From: Verrucomicrobiales bacterium
Lineage (GTDB): Bacteria > Verrucomicrobiota > Verrucomicrobiia > Verrucomicrobiales > V1-33
Assembly: GCA_965229245.1 (NCBI GenBank)
Contig: CBDDIW010000005.1
Location: 334,618-398,617, forward strand
DNA length: 64,000 bases
Direction: 5' to 3'
In this document: positions 37,633 through 45,992 of the stretch, one piece after another
Position numbering within the stretch: position 1 is the stretch's first letter
Layout of the letters: each line of letters opens with the position of its first letter
Position numbers and translations under genes: made by a program
Notes under the pieces: model-generated
What the model was told of the DNA's origin: nothing
Database searches by the model: none
Seen by the model: only the letters and a program-made list of their open reading frames with translations

Positions 37633-39732
37633 TCAGAGCCCGCCGCCGGCCAGCGGGATAGTGGCGAAGGCCTGCACCGTGCCCACCCCGGCGGGCACCG
37701 TGGCGGTGAAGGTGGCGGTGTTGTTATTCATGACCACCGCCGGAGAGCCGCTGGCGGGGAGTTCCAGAATGCCCGTGCCGCCGGAGATGCGCAGCTTGAT
37801 GGGCGTGCCGTTCGGGATGTTCGTCCCGGTGACAGTGATGGTGGTGGTGCCGGTCTTGTTGAAGATCACGTCCGGGTTCGCCGTGCTGCCACCCGCGGGC
37901 ACGCGGACCGCCACGCCGTCCACGGCGGCCACGGTGAGCGCCGCGTTGTTGAGCTGGCTGAAGGTCTCCGTGGGAGGTCCGCTGGAGGGGGAAACGGAAT
38001 TGCCGTTCGCCGCCAGGGGACGGTAGTAGGCCTCCATGCGGATGCGGCCCGCCGTGGCGCCAGAGCCCGCGCGGACGATGCCGCTGCCACTGATGCGGTC
38101 CGCCACCAGGCGCACGCCGCCGCCGGAGCCCGCGGCACCGGAGGTCCTGCCCGCTCCCGCTCCCGCGCCGCCCGCGGCATCGATGGTGCCATTGACCACG
38201 ATGTCCGCCGAGCTGGCGATGAGGATCGCGCCGCCACCACCGCCACCATTACCACCGTTGCCGCCTTCGTAGGAAGCCCCGCCGCCGCCACCCGAACCGC
38301 CGATGAGAGGCTGGAGGAAGGAGTTGCCGTAGGCTCCGTTGAACTTGCCGGCCTCACCGTTCTGATTCTGCGCGCCCGGCTTTCCGCCACCAGGACCACC
38401 GCCCGCCGTGCCGATGTAGGAGCCGGAGACGTTGAAGTCGCGACCGCCCAGACCGCCATCGTAGCCTCCCGGGCCGCCCGGGGCTTCATTGCCCGGCTCC
38501 ACATTGGCGGCGTTCCGGCCGCCACTGCCGGTGAGGTCGAGGTCGCCATTGATAGTCACCGCGCCGCTGGCCAGCCACTGCACCGGCGTGTTGGCGGCGT
38601 TCTTTTTGAAGGAAACAGTCACACCCGACGGGATGTTAATGGTGGTGAAATTCCACACGCCCGAGGCCCGGGCCGTCATGTCGAACTCAAAGCGGGAGCC
38701 CGTCTTGAAGCTCCAGGCCGTGCCGTTGTATTCCCAGGTGTCATCCTGGCGGGTGGGATTGAGCCCGCCAAAGAGCACCGCGCGCTGGGTAGTGCTGTTA
38801 TAGACCATGGTGTGCCCGGCCCGCGTGGCGGGCATGGAGGGAGGCGCCACCTGCGTCCACGTGGAGGTGGCTCCGTTGTATTCCCACAGGTCGTTCCCGT
38901 AGCTGCCATTCACGAGGCCGCCAAAGAGCACGGAGCGCTGGCGGGTGGCATCGTAGTAGAGGCTGTGCTGGGACCGGTTGGCCGGGACCGTGGAGGGGGA
39001 AACCTGGGTCCACGTGGAGGTGGCGGGATTGTATTCCCAGGTATCGCCTCCATAGGAACCGTTCACCAGACCGCCGAAGAGCAGCACCCGCTGGCGGGCG
39101 GAATCGTAGGAGAGCGCGGAGGAATAGCGGCCCGCGGGCTTGGCGGTGGTGGTCACCTGGGTCCAGGTGGTGCCATTGTATTCCCAGGTGTCATCCAGAT
39201 AGCCCGTGGCCTGGGAGTTGCCGCCGAAGAGGATCACGCGGTTCCGCGTGGAGTCATACACCATGGAGTGGTTGTTCCGGCCCGCGGGCTTCGCGGCGGG
39301 AGCCATCTGCGTCCAGGTGGTGCCGTTGTATTCCCAGGTGTCGTCCAGGAAATTTCCCGCGCTGCCCTTTCCTCCAAAGAGCACCACCTTTTGCCGCGAG
39401 GCATCATAGACCATGGCGTGGGAATTCCGGCCCGGGGGGAGCGTGGTGGGAGCGGCGGGGGTCCAGGCGGTGCCGTTGTATTCCCAGGTATCATTGAAGT
39501 AAGTCACCGCGCCGGTGCCGCCGAAGATCACCATCCGCTGGCGGGCGGCATCGTAGGCCATGGCGTGATCATTCCGGGCGATGGCCGTCCCGGGAATGTT
39601 GAGCGCGCCATCGGCTCCGGTAGAGCCGGAGGTGTAGGGCAGGTCCTGGGCCTCCGCCGGACGCGGAAGAGTGGCGGAAACAAGAAGCGCGGCGGCGAGC
39701 CAGCGGGTACGCGGGGATCTCAGGGAGTGCAT
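37633..39732 (-). CDS. Secreted Kelch-repeat beta-propeller protein with a glycine-rich (beta-helix-like) C-terminal half
   Basis: Signal peptide MHSLRSPRTRWLAAALLVSATLPRPAEAQ (start at ATG 39732). About six ~50-aa repeats of the form GR..H.MVYD..R...VLFGG......DTWEYNGT.WTQ. These are followed by GGPGGYDGGLGG...GGSGGGGGASYEGGNGGNGGGGGGAILIAS...GSGGGVRLVA. Confidence 0.8.
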   Translation of the reverse strand: MHSLRSPRTRWLAAALLVSATLPRPAEAQDLPYTSGSTGADGALNIPGTAIARNDHAMAYDAARQRMVIFGGTGAVTYFNDTWEYNGTAWTPAAPTTLPPGRNSHAMVYDASRQKVVLFGGKGSAGNFLDDTWEYNGTTWTQMAPAAKPAGRNNHSMVYDSTRNRVILFGGNSQATGYLDDTWEYNGTTWTQVTTTAKPAGRYSSALSYDSARQRVLLFGGLVNGSYGGDTWEYNPATSTWTQVSPSTVPANRSQHSLYYDATRQRSVLFGGLVNGSYGNDLWEYNGATSTWTQVAPPSMPATRAGHTMVYNSTTQRAVLFGGLNPTRQDDTWEYNGTAWSFKTGSRFEFDMTARASGVWNFTTINIPSGVTVSFKKNAANTPVQWLASGAVTINGDLDLTGSGGRNAANVEPGNEAPGGPGGYDGGLGGRDFNVSGSYIGTAGGGPGGGKPGAQNQNGEAGKFNGAYGNSFLQPLIGGSGGGGGASYEGGNGGNGGGGGGAILIASSADIVVNGTIDAAGGAGAGAGRTSGAAGSGGGVRLVADRISGSGIVRAGSGATAGRIRMEAYYRPLAANGNSVSPSSGPPTETFSQLNNAALTVAAVDGVAVRVPAGGSTANPDVIFNKTGTTTITVTGTNIPNGTPIKLRISGGTGILELPASGSPAVVMNNNTATFTATVPAGVGTVQAFATIPLAGGGL

Positions 39733-39773
39733 GATAGGATTTCTAAAAGAGGACAGGGAGAAGTGACGGGGGG

Positions 39774-42700
39774 TCATGGTTGATTTCGGAAAGAGGCGGG
39801 AGGCGAGGCGATCAGCAGGTCCGTGCCCGCCGCCCCGTTGCCGGGGGCGGAGTTCAGATAGCTGGCTTGAGGAGAGAAGAGGAGCAGGGTGGTGTCCGGC
39901 ACGCCCGCGCCAGGCACCGCATTCAGGAAGGCGGCGGGGCGGGAGATGACCACCAGTTCCGTGTCCGGAGTGCCCAGGCCGGGCACGCTGTTCAGGAAGC
40001 TGGTGGACCGGGAACTCACCGTGAGACTGGTATCCGGAGCGCCCACGCCGGGCACGGCATTGAGGAAGCTGGCGGTGGTGGAGACGGGTCTCCACGGGGG
40101 CTGGGAATCCGGGCTCAGCGGATTCGAGCCCTCCGCGATTTCCCCGGCGTCGTCCCAGCCGTCCCCGTCGGTGTCCGGGTTCTTCGGATCGGTGCCGCGG
40201 GTGATTTCCTGACCGTCCGGCAGGCCGTCCAGATCGGTGTCCTCCAGGCCGTCATCAATGCCGTTGCCGTTGGTATCACGCAGGCGGGGATCGGTGCCGA
40301 GGAGGAATTCCCCCGCGTTGCTGAGGCCGTCGCGGTCGAAGTCCTCCTGGCCGTCGGGGATGCCGTTGCCGTTGGAGTCCGCCTTGTTGGGATCCAGCCC
40401 CAGCAGCGCCTCCCAGTCGTCCGGCACGCCATCGCCATCCGTGTCCTTGTAGGAGAAGACGCGGAAGGTGGAAGTGGCGGGAGCACTCATGACATTCCCC
40501 GCGACATCGGCGGCGGGAGCCCCGGCGCGGATGCGGTAAAGCCCAGGCGTGAGCGCCCCGGAGGGCGTGAGATACGCCGTGCGGTTTTCCTTGCTGAAGC
40601 TCACGGAGGCTCCTACGGCCTGGTCATCCGCGTTGCCGAAGATGCCGTCCGCCCCCGCTCCGGTGAGGGTCAGGCCGCTCTGCAAAGTGCCCGCGTTCAT
40701 GGCCTCCGAGAAGGTGACGGCGGCGCTGGCAAGGGCTCCGGTGAGCGCGTTGTTCTCCGGGAAGAACGAGATCACCTGCGGCGGCGTGCCATCCGGCACC
40801 AGGGTGAGGGTATAGAGCGGGGTCCACGTGGCATTGCCCCCGGTATCCGTGGCGCGGGCACGCACGGTGAAGGTGGCCTTGCCCGGGGCGCGGGCGGGCG
40901 TGATGAACCGGTGCTCGAAGGGGAAATTCCCGTCCGTGAGCACGAGGACATCGTCCACGTAGAACTCCACGTTCCGCACCTGCACGTCATCCGTCACGGA
41001 GGCGGTGAGCCGCATGAGCGCGCCCTCCTCCGCCGTGCCGCCGGCGAGATTGAAGTTGGAGGAGAGCGCGATGACCGGCGGGACGCCCGCGGTATCGTAG
41101 GCGCGGTAGTTCACCACCTGGAGCCCGCTGTCGCCATCCGCCACGTAGGCGAGGCCGTTGTAAACAGAAACCGCCTCCGCCAGGCCAGGCGTGACGTGCG
41201 TGGTCTGAAAGGTATTCGCCAGGCCATTGGTCCCGATACTATATAGATCGATATCGTGCGGCCCGTCGCTGGTGGAATTCGGCGAAGCCGCGGCCACGGC
41301 GAGGCCGGAGCCCGCGGGCACGAGTTGCTTGAATCCGAACTGCCCCGTGGTGAACTCTGCGGCGCGCGCGGGCTGGAGAGGGTTCGTAAGATCCAGGACA
41401 TTCCAGCCGGTGGTGTGCGCGGCGTAGAGCTGGCCCTGGCCCGGGGAGAGCCGCAGACGGCGCTGCCCGGCTCCAACGCCCGCTCCTGTGACCGTCACAA
41501 AGCCACCCGCCACCGGCACCTGCAGCGCCAGGGAAATGGCGTCCACGCGGCCCGGGCGGTAGGCATAGAGCACCTCGCCCGCCACGGCCACGTCCTGCAC
41601 GCTGCCGCTGCCCAGGCTTACTTTCCAGAGGATGCGGCCCGTGAGGAGATCCACCCCGGAGACGAACCCGGAGGACGTGCCCACGCAGGCCACCGGGCCA
41701 TAGGTGGTGACGCAGGTGGCCGGAGCCCCCAGGTCCGCGGAGCGCACGATCTTCGCGTTCCGCGCATCCGAGACATCCACCACCACGAGGCCGCCGGTAT
41801 AGTCCGCCACGGCCACCAGATTCCCATAGCCCGCCACCGCCAGCGCGGAGCCGGGCGTGTCCACCTCCGCGAGGCGCAGGGGATTCAGCCCGCTGAGGAC
41901 GTTGAAGATGCTGATGCCCCGCGCGCCGTTCGCGGTCACGGCGGTGTCATTCACCGCGAAGATGTCCACCGCGTGCCCCGTGGCGGGCGCGGAGGCGATG
42001 ACGCCCGTGCGCACGGCCAAGCCGTCCAGGGGATTGGTGCCCTGCTGGATCTCGGCACCGTCCTTGATGCCGTCGCCATCCGTGTCGGCCTTCGCGGGAT
42101 CCGTCCCGATGACGCGCTCCGCCGTATTGAAGAGACCGTCCTGGTCGGCATCCCCGTCCGCCTGCATGGGCGCTCCGGGCGGGATCAGGGTCTGCACGCC
42201 GTTCGCGGCGGAGACGAAATAAGCGCGGGTGAAGTGGTTCTCGGACTTCACATACCGCTCCACCAGATAGACCCGGCCACCCGCGAGCACCGTGCCGGGA
42301 ATCCGGCCATCGCGCGTCAGGCTGCCACGAATGACGCCACCGGAGACGGTGTCCTCGATGCGGAACCAGCCTTCCACATTCACCTGACGGTTCACCTCGC
42401 CCACGGCGGCGGCGTAGTATTTGTTCAACGCCTCCAGGCGCGCGGCCAGGTAGTCCGCTTCGTCGAGGCCGCCGGTCACGAGATCGATGCCGGCCTCCAG
42501 ATCCAGGAGGCGGTTCAATTGATCCTGGGTCAGAGCTTCGGCGGACTCCGCGTTGCCCACGATTTGCGCGGCCTGCTGATAGATCTGCTCCAGGAGTTCG
42601 ACATCCGCCACGAGGCGGTTCAGTTCCGCATACCACTGCGCGATGGTGCCGGAGGGAATATCGCGGGCCACGCGGGGGGCGGCGATGGCTTTCCCCGCCT

Positions 42701-44555
42701 GCAGGGGGCAGGGCGGCAGCGGCGGGATTTCGCCGGGCGTGAGATTGCAGTCCAGATAATACTGCTGGCAGGCTTTGGACAGCTCGGCGGCGGTGATGGG
42801 ATCGGTGACGTCCGCTTTTTTGGCCACCTTGCAGAAGACCTTGAAGATGCGGGGAGCGCCCGGGACTTTACACACCACGTAGCGGATGATGACCCCGCCT
42901 CCCACACCGGCGGCTCCACTGGCGAAGCACGCGGCACGGCGCTGATTGTTCATCACCGGGCTGGGATCACAGGGTCCGAAGGGAGGATTGAAATTCCCGT
43001 CCTCACAGCCGGGAGGCGGCGGAGGCGGAGGAGGTCCGGAGCCGGAGGTGCCCGGCTGCGAGCCGTGCCAGCCGGGCTGGCGCACGCCCACGCCCGCGTC
43101 CGTCTTCACATAGTTTCCGTCGTCCGTGACAGTCATGGGTCCCACGACTTCCCAGGAGCCGGTATCGTGATTGAACGACCACAGCGCGGACTTCGCGCCT
43201 GGCGGCAGCTTCTGACCCGTGGCGGGGTCCGGCAGGTTCGGCATCGTCACGGGGACGGGCCGATCGAAGTTGGAGGCCCCGTCCGACTGGATGGTGATGA
43301 CCATGGGGAGATTCAGCCCGGGAGGCAGCGGGGAGGGCAGGCGCGAGGGTGGCACGGGTGCTAGGCCCACCTTGCCGCCGCGGGTGCCGTCATCGGCGAA
43401 AAGCGAATTCGCGGGCACGTTGACCTCCGTGCCGGCCAGGGAAGGATACTCGGCGAGCACGGAGGCGGGAAAGGCCACCTTTGTATCCTGCGTCTGGCTC
43501 ACGCTCTGGAGCGTGCCCGCGATGATCCGGGGAAGATAAATGGTGCCGCGCACGGGGTCCTCCGTGTTGCCCGCCAGATTGTCCGTGCGCCCGGCCACGG
43601 CCTCCCAGCGCTTTCCCACGGTGGGGTAGTAATCGCCGCCCGGCCACGCGCTGGCGGGCGAGGTGCGGCCATCCACGTGCACAAAGAAGGAGCCGGTGGG
43701 ACAGGGGCTGAGGACGAAATTCCCCGACGCATCCGTCACCGTGCGCAGCGTCTGCTCCGCGCCGTCCACCGTCACGGTGACCCCGGCCAGCGGGGTATCC
43801 AGCGGCTGCCCGCCGGGAGCGACCGCGGGCTTCGAGGCCATGACCCGCCCCCGGATGGCGGTGGCCGCCACGGGGGTGATGCTGATGGTATCAAACGAAA
43901 ACCGGTAGTTCCCCGCCGGGGTATCCGCGGAGGGAGACACGAGGCTGACCGGACGGCCCAGGATGTCCGTGAGCCCGGTGCCGTCCAGGGTGACCTGCAC
44001 GCGGGCACTGGAAGGCAGCGGCTCCAGGTAGAAGAGCGTGGCTTTCCTGCGGTCCGAGGACAGGTCCACCCGGGAGAGCACCTTCTTTCCGCCGAAGTCG
44101 GCATGGAATTTTGTGGTGTCGAGAGTGGCGGTGAGGGCCAGCGGGACGGTGAAGTGGACCACGGTTTCCCGCGTCACCGCCACCTCCCCTTCCCCGTGCG
44201 CCGGGGAGGTGAAGCGCACCGTGGTGGCGGGCAGCGCCTCCGGGGTGCGGGACTGCACGACCAGTTGTAACAGCGCTTGCTGGTCATCGCCATTGATCGC
44301 GCCATCCCCGTTGATGTCCGCCAGGAGCGCGGCGGAAGCGGCGAGGGGCTGGGTGCCCTGGATGTGCCCCGCCAGCTTCGCGAGGTCCAGCACCGTGAAC
44401 TCGCCGTCTCCATCCAGATCCCCCGGCAGGGACGCGGCCCGTCCGGAAAGGACGGGGAGCAGGGAGAATAAACCGGTCAGAACGAGAGCCTTTATCCATC
44501 GGAGCCCGCGGGGTAAAAACGGGGACGGACGGCGGCGGGGAGGTTTCACAGGCAT
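39774..44555 (-). CDS. Giant multidomain surface protein (~1590 aa): N-terminal dockerin-like module, SbsA/Big_5 Ig domains, carboxypeptidase-regulatory-like domain, LVIVD repeats, thrombospondin-type-3-like Ca-binding repeats, C-terminal 23-aa tandem repeats
   Basis: Signal/TM LRWIKALVLTGLFSLLPVLSGRA. Dockerin pair DLDGDGEFTVLDLAKLAGHIQG / DINGDGAINGDDQQALLQLV. LVIVD-like GNLVAVADYTGGLVVVDVSD. DTDGDGVPDDWE, DSNGNGIPDGQEDFDRDGLSNAGE, DTNGNGIDDGLEDTDLDGLPDGQE, DTDGDGWDDAGE. Start uncertain (ATG 44555 chosen; the ORF is open to 44642). Confidence 0.85.
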   Translation of the reverse strand: MPVKPPRRRPSPFLPRGLRWIKALVLTGLFSLLPVLSGRAASLPGDLDGDGEFTVLDLAKLAGHIQGTQPLAASAALLADINGDGAINGDDQQALLQLVVQSRTPEALPATTVRFTSPAHGEGEVAVTRETVVHFTVPLALTATLDTTKFHADFGGKKVLSRVDLSSDRRKATLFYLEPLPSSARVQVTLDGTGLTDILGRPVSLVSPSADTPAGNYRFSFDTISITPVAATAIRGRVMASKPAVAPGGQPLDTPLAGVTVTVDGAEQTLRTVTDASGNFVLSPCPTGSFFVHVDGRTSPASAWPGGDYYPTVGKRWEAVAGRTDNLAGNTEDPVRGTIYLPRIIAGTLQSVSQTQDTKVAFPASVLAEYPSLAGTEVNVPANSLFADDGTRGGKVGLAPVPPSRLPSPLPPGLNLPMVITIQSDGASNFDRPVPVTMPNLPDPATGQKLPPGAKSALWSFNHDTGSWEVVGPMTVTDDGNYVKTDAGVGVRQPGWHGSQPGTSGSGPPPPPPPPGCEDGNFNPPFGPCDPSPVMNNQRRAACFASGAAGVGGGVIIRYVVCKVPGAPRIFKVFCKVAKKADVTDPITAAELSKACQQYYLDCNLTPGEIPPLPPCPLQAGKAIAAPRVARDIPSGTIAQWYAELNRLVADVELLEQIYQQAAQIVGNAESAEALTQDQLNRLLDLEAGIDLVTGGLDEADYLAARLEALNKYYAAAVGEVNRQVNVEGWFRIEDTVSGGVIRGSLTRDGRIPGTVLAGGRVYLVERYVKSENHFTRAYFVSAANGVQTLIPPGAPMQADGDADQDGLFNTAERVIGTDPAKADTDGDGIKDGAEIQQGTNPLDGLAVRTGVIASAPATGHAVDIFAVNDTAVTANGARGISIFNVLSGLNPLRLAEVDTPGSALAVAGYGNLVAVADYTGGLVVVDVSDARNAKIVRSADLGAPATCVTTYGPVACVGTSSGFVSGVDLLTGRILWKVSLGSGSVQDVAVAGEVLYAYRPGRVDAISLALQVPVAGGFVTVTGAGVGAGQRRLRLSPGQGQLYAAHTTGWNVLDLTNPLQPARAAEFTTGQFGFKQLVPAGSGLAVAAASPNSTSDGPHDIDLYSIGTNGLANTFQTTHVTPGLAEAVSVYNGLAYVADGDSGLQVVNYRAYDTAGVPPVIALSSNFNLAGGTAEEGALMRLTASVTDDVQVRNVEFYVDDVLVLTDGNFPFEHRFITPARAPGKATFTVRARATDTGGNATWTPLYTLTLVPDGTPPQVISFFPENNALTGALASAAVTFSEAMNAGTLQSGLTLTGAGADGIFGNADDQAVGASVSFSKENRTAYLTPSGALTPGLYRIRAGAPAADVAGNVMSAPATSTFRVFSYKDTDGDGVPDDWEALLGLDPNKADSNGNGIPDGQEDFDRDGLSNAGEFLLGTDPRLRDTNGNGIDDGLEDTDLDGLPDGQEITRGTDPKNPDTDGDGWDDAGEIAEGSNPLSPDSQPPWRPVSTTASFLNAVPGVGAPDTSLTVSSRSTSFLNSVPGLGTPDTELVVISRPAAFLNAVPGAGVPDTTLLLFSPQASYLNSAPGNGAAGTDLLIASPPASFRNQP
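39777..40085 (-). repeat. In-frame 69-bp (23-aa) tandem repeat, ~4.3 copies, at the 3' end of the giant gene
   Basis: Translation: SFLNAVPGVGAPDTSLTVSSR / SFLNSVPGLGTPDTELVVISR / AFLNAVPGAGVPDTTLLLFSP / SYLNSAPGNGAAGTDLLIASP / ASFRNQP. Confidence 0.85.
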
Positions 44556-44726
44556 AGGGGAGACAGGCGCGGTGCGGAAACGAAAGGGGACGGAAACTTG
44601 AGAGGGGGGCCTGCCAGGGGTCAGGCGAATTCCTATCCGCACGCCTTCCCGCGCCCTTGCCAGGATTTTGAATTTTTTGCGAACGAAGCCCGCGCGGCCC
44701 TCCGAACAGGGGGGGTGCTTGGGAGG

Positions 44727-44748
44727 GGGTTATGACGGCATGACGCAC
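44727..44748. repeat. Left arm of a perfect 22-bp inverted repeat
   Basis: GGGTTATGACGGCATGACGCAC is the exact reverse complement of 44990..45011. Confidence 0.95.
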
Positions 44749-44822
44749 AAAAACGAAGTTCTACGGCTCCGCACGGAGTCGTGACGGCACGCCACCTTAA
44801 TCACATCTTCACGCCGTTTCAC

Positions 44823-44850
44823 TTGACTCCCAGTAACTACACTCTAATAT
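44823..44850 (+). promoter_or_regulatory. Sigma70-like promoter candidate inside the cassette, currently facing away from the giant operon
   Basis: TTGACT (44823-44828), a 16-nt spacer, then TAATAT (44845-44850). This is the best hexamer pair I could find on either strand of the AT-rich core. In AT-rich DNA such matches can arise by chance. Confidence 0.3.
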
Positions 44851-44989
44851 GTCTGGATATTATTACTGAATGTTATATTGATATATATCAAATAATATCA
44901 TGTACATTCAACTACTATATATATAGCAGAGAGAGACAGACAGACAAATCCCGGGAGACGGAGAGCCCCCGCCGGGAAAGTCCATTTTA

Positions 44990-45011
44990 GTGCGTCATGC
45001 CGTCATAACCC
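44990..45011. repeat. Right arm of the perfect 22-bp inverted repeat
   Basis: GTGCGTCATGCCGTCATAACCC, preceded by the T-rich TCCATTTTA. Confidence 0.95.
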
Positions 45012-45041
45012 GTCCGGCAATTCCGGCAAAAGTTCATTTCT

Positions 45042-45062
45042 GTGCGTCATGCCGTCATACCC
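45042..45062. repeat. Third copy of the repeat (direct with the right arm), overlapping the tcdA stop codon
   Basis: GTGCGTCATGCCGTCATA-CCC matches 21 of 22 positions (one A missing) and is preceded by the similar T-rich TTCATTTCT. The last codons of tcdA (PGMTA*) are encoded within it. Confidence 0.9.
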
Positions 45063-45841
45063 GGGCTCCCCTCCGCGAGGCGGCGCACCACCTCCCCGGC
45101 GGCGGCGAAACCGAAGACGCCGGTGACGAAGGTGGCCGCGCCAAAGCCGGAGGCGCAGTCCATTTGCAGGCTGGAGCCCGTCTCCGCCTCCGCGCGGCAG
45201 GTGCCGTCCGCCCAGGGGTAAATCTGCGGCTCGGCGGAATACACACAGGACACGCCAAAGGGCCCGTCCTCCCCGGAGGGAAAGCCATGCTCCCGGCGCA
45301 GAAGACGGCGCACCAGCCGCAGGAGATCATCCCCGCCGGACCTCGCGAGATCCCCGCTCCGGATGGCGGTGGCATCCCGGCGCCCCCCGGCACCGCCCAC
45401 CGTCAGCACGGGCACGCCCCGGGACCGGCAGGTGGCGATGATCACCGCCTTGATGGAGGCGCGGTCCACGGCATCGATCACAAAATCACACGGCTCCGCG
45501 AGCAGCGTTCCCGCATTGGCCCGGGTGACAAACTCCGGCACCTCCCGCAGGCCGCACTCCGGATTGATGCGCCGCATGCGCTCCGCGAGCACGCTCACCT
45601 TCGGGAATCCCTCTGTGCCGGAGAGCGCGTGAAGCTGGCGGTTCGTATTCGTCACGCACACATCGTCCATGTCGATCATGGTCACCTGCCCCACGCCGGA
45701 GCGCACGAGGGCCTCCACGGACCACGAGCCCACCCCGCCCACACCGATGACCGTCACGCGGGCGGCCCGCAGGCGCTCCATACCCGCCTGGCCATACAGA
45801 CGGCCCATGCCGCCAAAACGCTGTTCATACCCGTCCATCAT
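45047..45841 (-). CDS. tcdA: tRNA threonylcarbamoyladenosine dehydratase (ThiF/MoeB-family, TcdA/CsdL)
   Basis: RFGGMGRLYGQAGMERLRAARVTVIGVGGVGSWSVEALVRSGVGQVTMIDMDDVCVTNTNRQ. About 260 aa, typical for TcdA. Confidence 0.88.
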   Translation of the reverse strand: MMDGYEQRFGGMGRLYGQAGMERLRAARVTVIGVGGVGSWSVEALVRSGVGQVTMIDMDDVCVTNTNRQLHALSGTEGFPKVSVLAERMRRINPECGLREVPEFVTRANAGTLLAEPCDFVIDAVDRASIKAVIIATCRSRGVPVLTVGGAGGRRDATAIRSGDLARSGGDDLLRLVRRLLRREHGFPSGEDGPFGVSCVYSAEPQIYPWADGTCRAEAETGSSLQMDCASGFGAATFVTGVFGFAAAGEVVRRLAEGSPGMTA

Positions 45842-45960
45842 GCGTCAATGAGGCTCCAGTACCGGAGCAGTGAGTGGTTCGTTCGCTTCAAATGACAGGG
45901 CCACACCGCCCCGCCGGGGTTGCCCCCACCGGGCCGCAGGCCCGTCTCAAGGCACCGCGA

Positions 45961-45986
45961 TAAAACAAGGCCCGGAAAAACGGGCC
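45961..45986 (-). terminator. Rho-independent terminator after khpA (minus strand)
   Basis: On the minus strand: GGCCCG-TTTTTC-CGGGCC followed by TTGTTTTA. It starts 7 nt after the khpA stop. Confidence 0.6.
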
Positions 45987-45992
45987 GGGAGC

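Larger units (their letters stand above)
44727..45011. promoter_or_regulatory. IR-bounded 285-bp cassette (241-bp AT-rich interior): candidate invertible promoter / regulatory cassette upstream of the giant-protein operon
   Basis: Perfect 22-bp IRs flank 44749..44989. For the core 44821..44940 I hand-counted 34 G+C in 120 nt (28%), against a much more GC-rich background. It lies 172 bp upstream of the giant gene's likely start (44555, minus strand). Confidence 0.45.

Noticed and set aside
44781-44990. 69-aa ORF (GTG start) inside the AT-rich cassette: MTARHLNHIFTPFHLTPSNYTLICLDIITECYIDIYQIISCTFNYYIYSRERQTDKSRETESPRRESPF.
   Set aside because: Its composition simply mirrors the AT-rich DNA (Ile/Tyr/Asn-rich). 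It has a non-ATG start and no ribosome-binding context, and it runs exactly up to the inverted repeat. The 'MRHAVIT' starts of ORFs 44284..44748 (-) and 44990..45895 (+) are just the repeat read as GTG-initiated frames.
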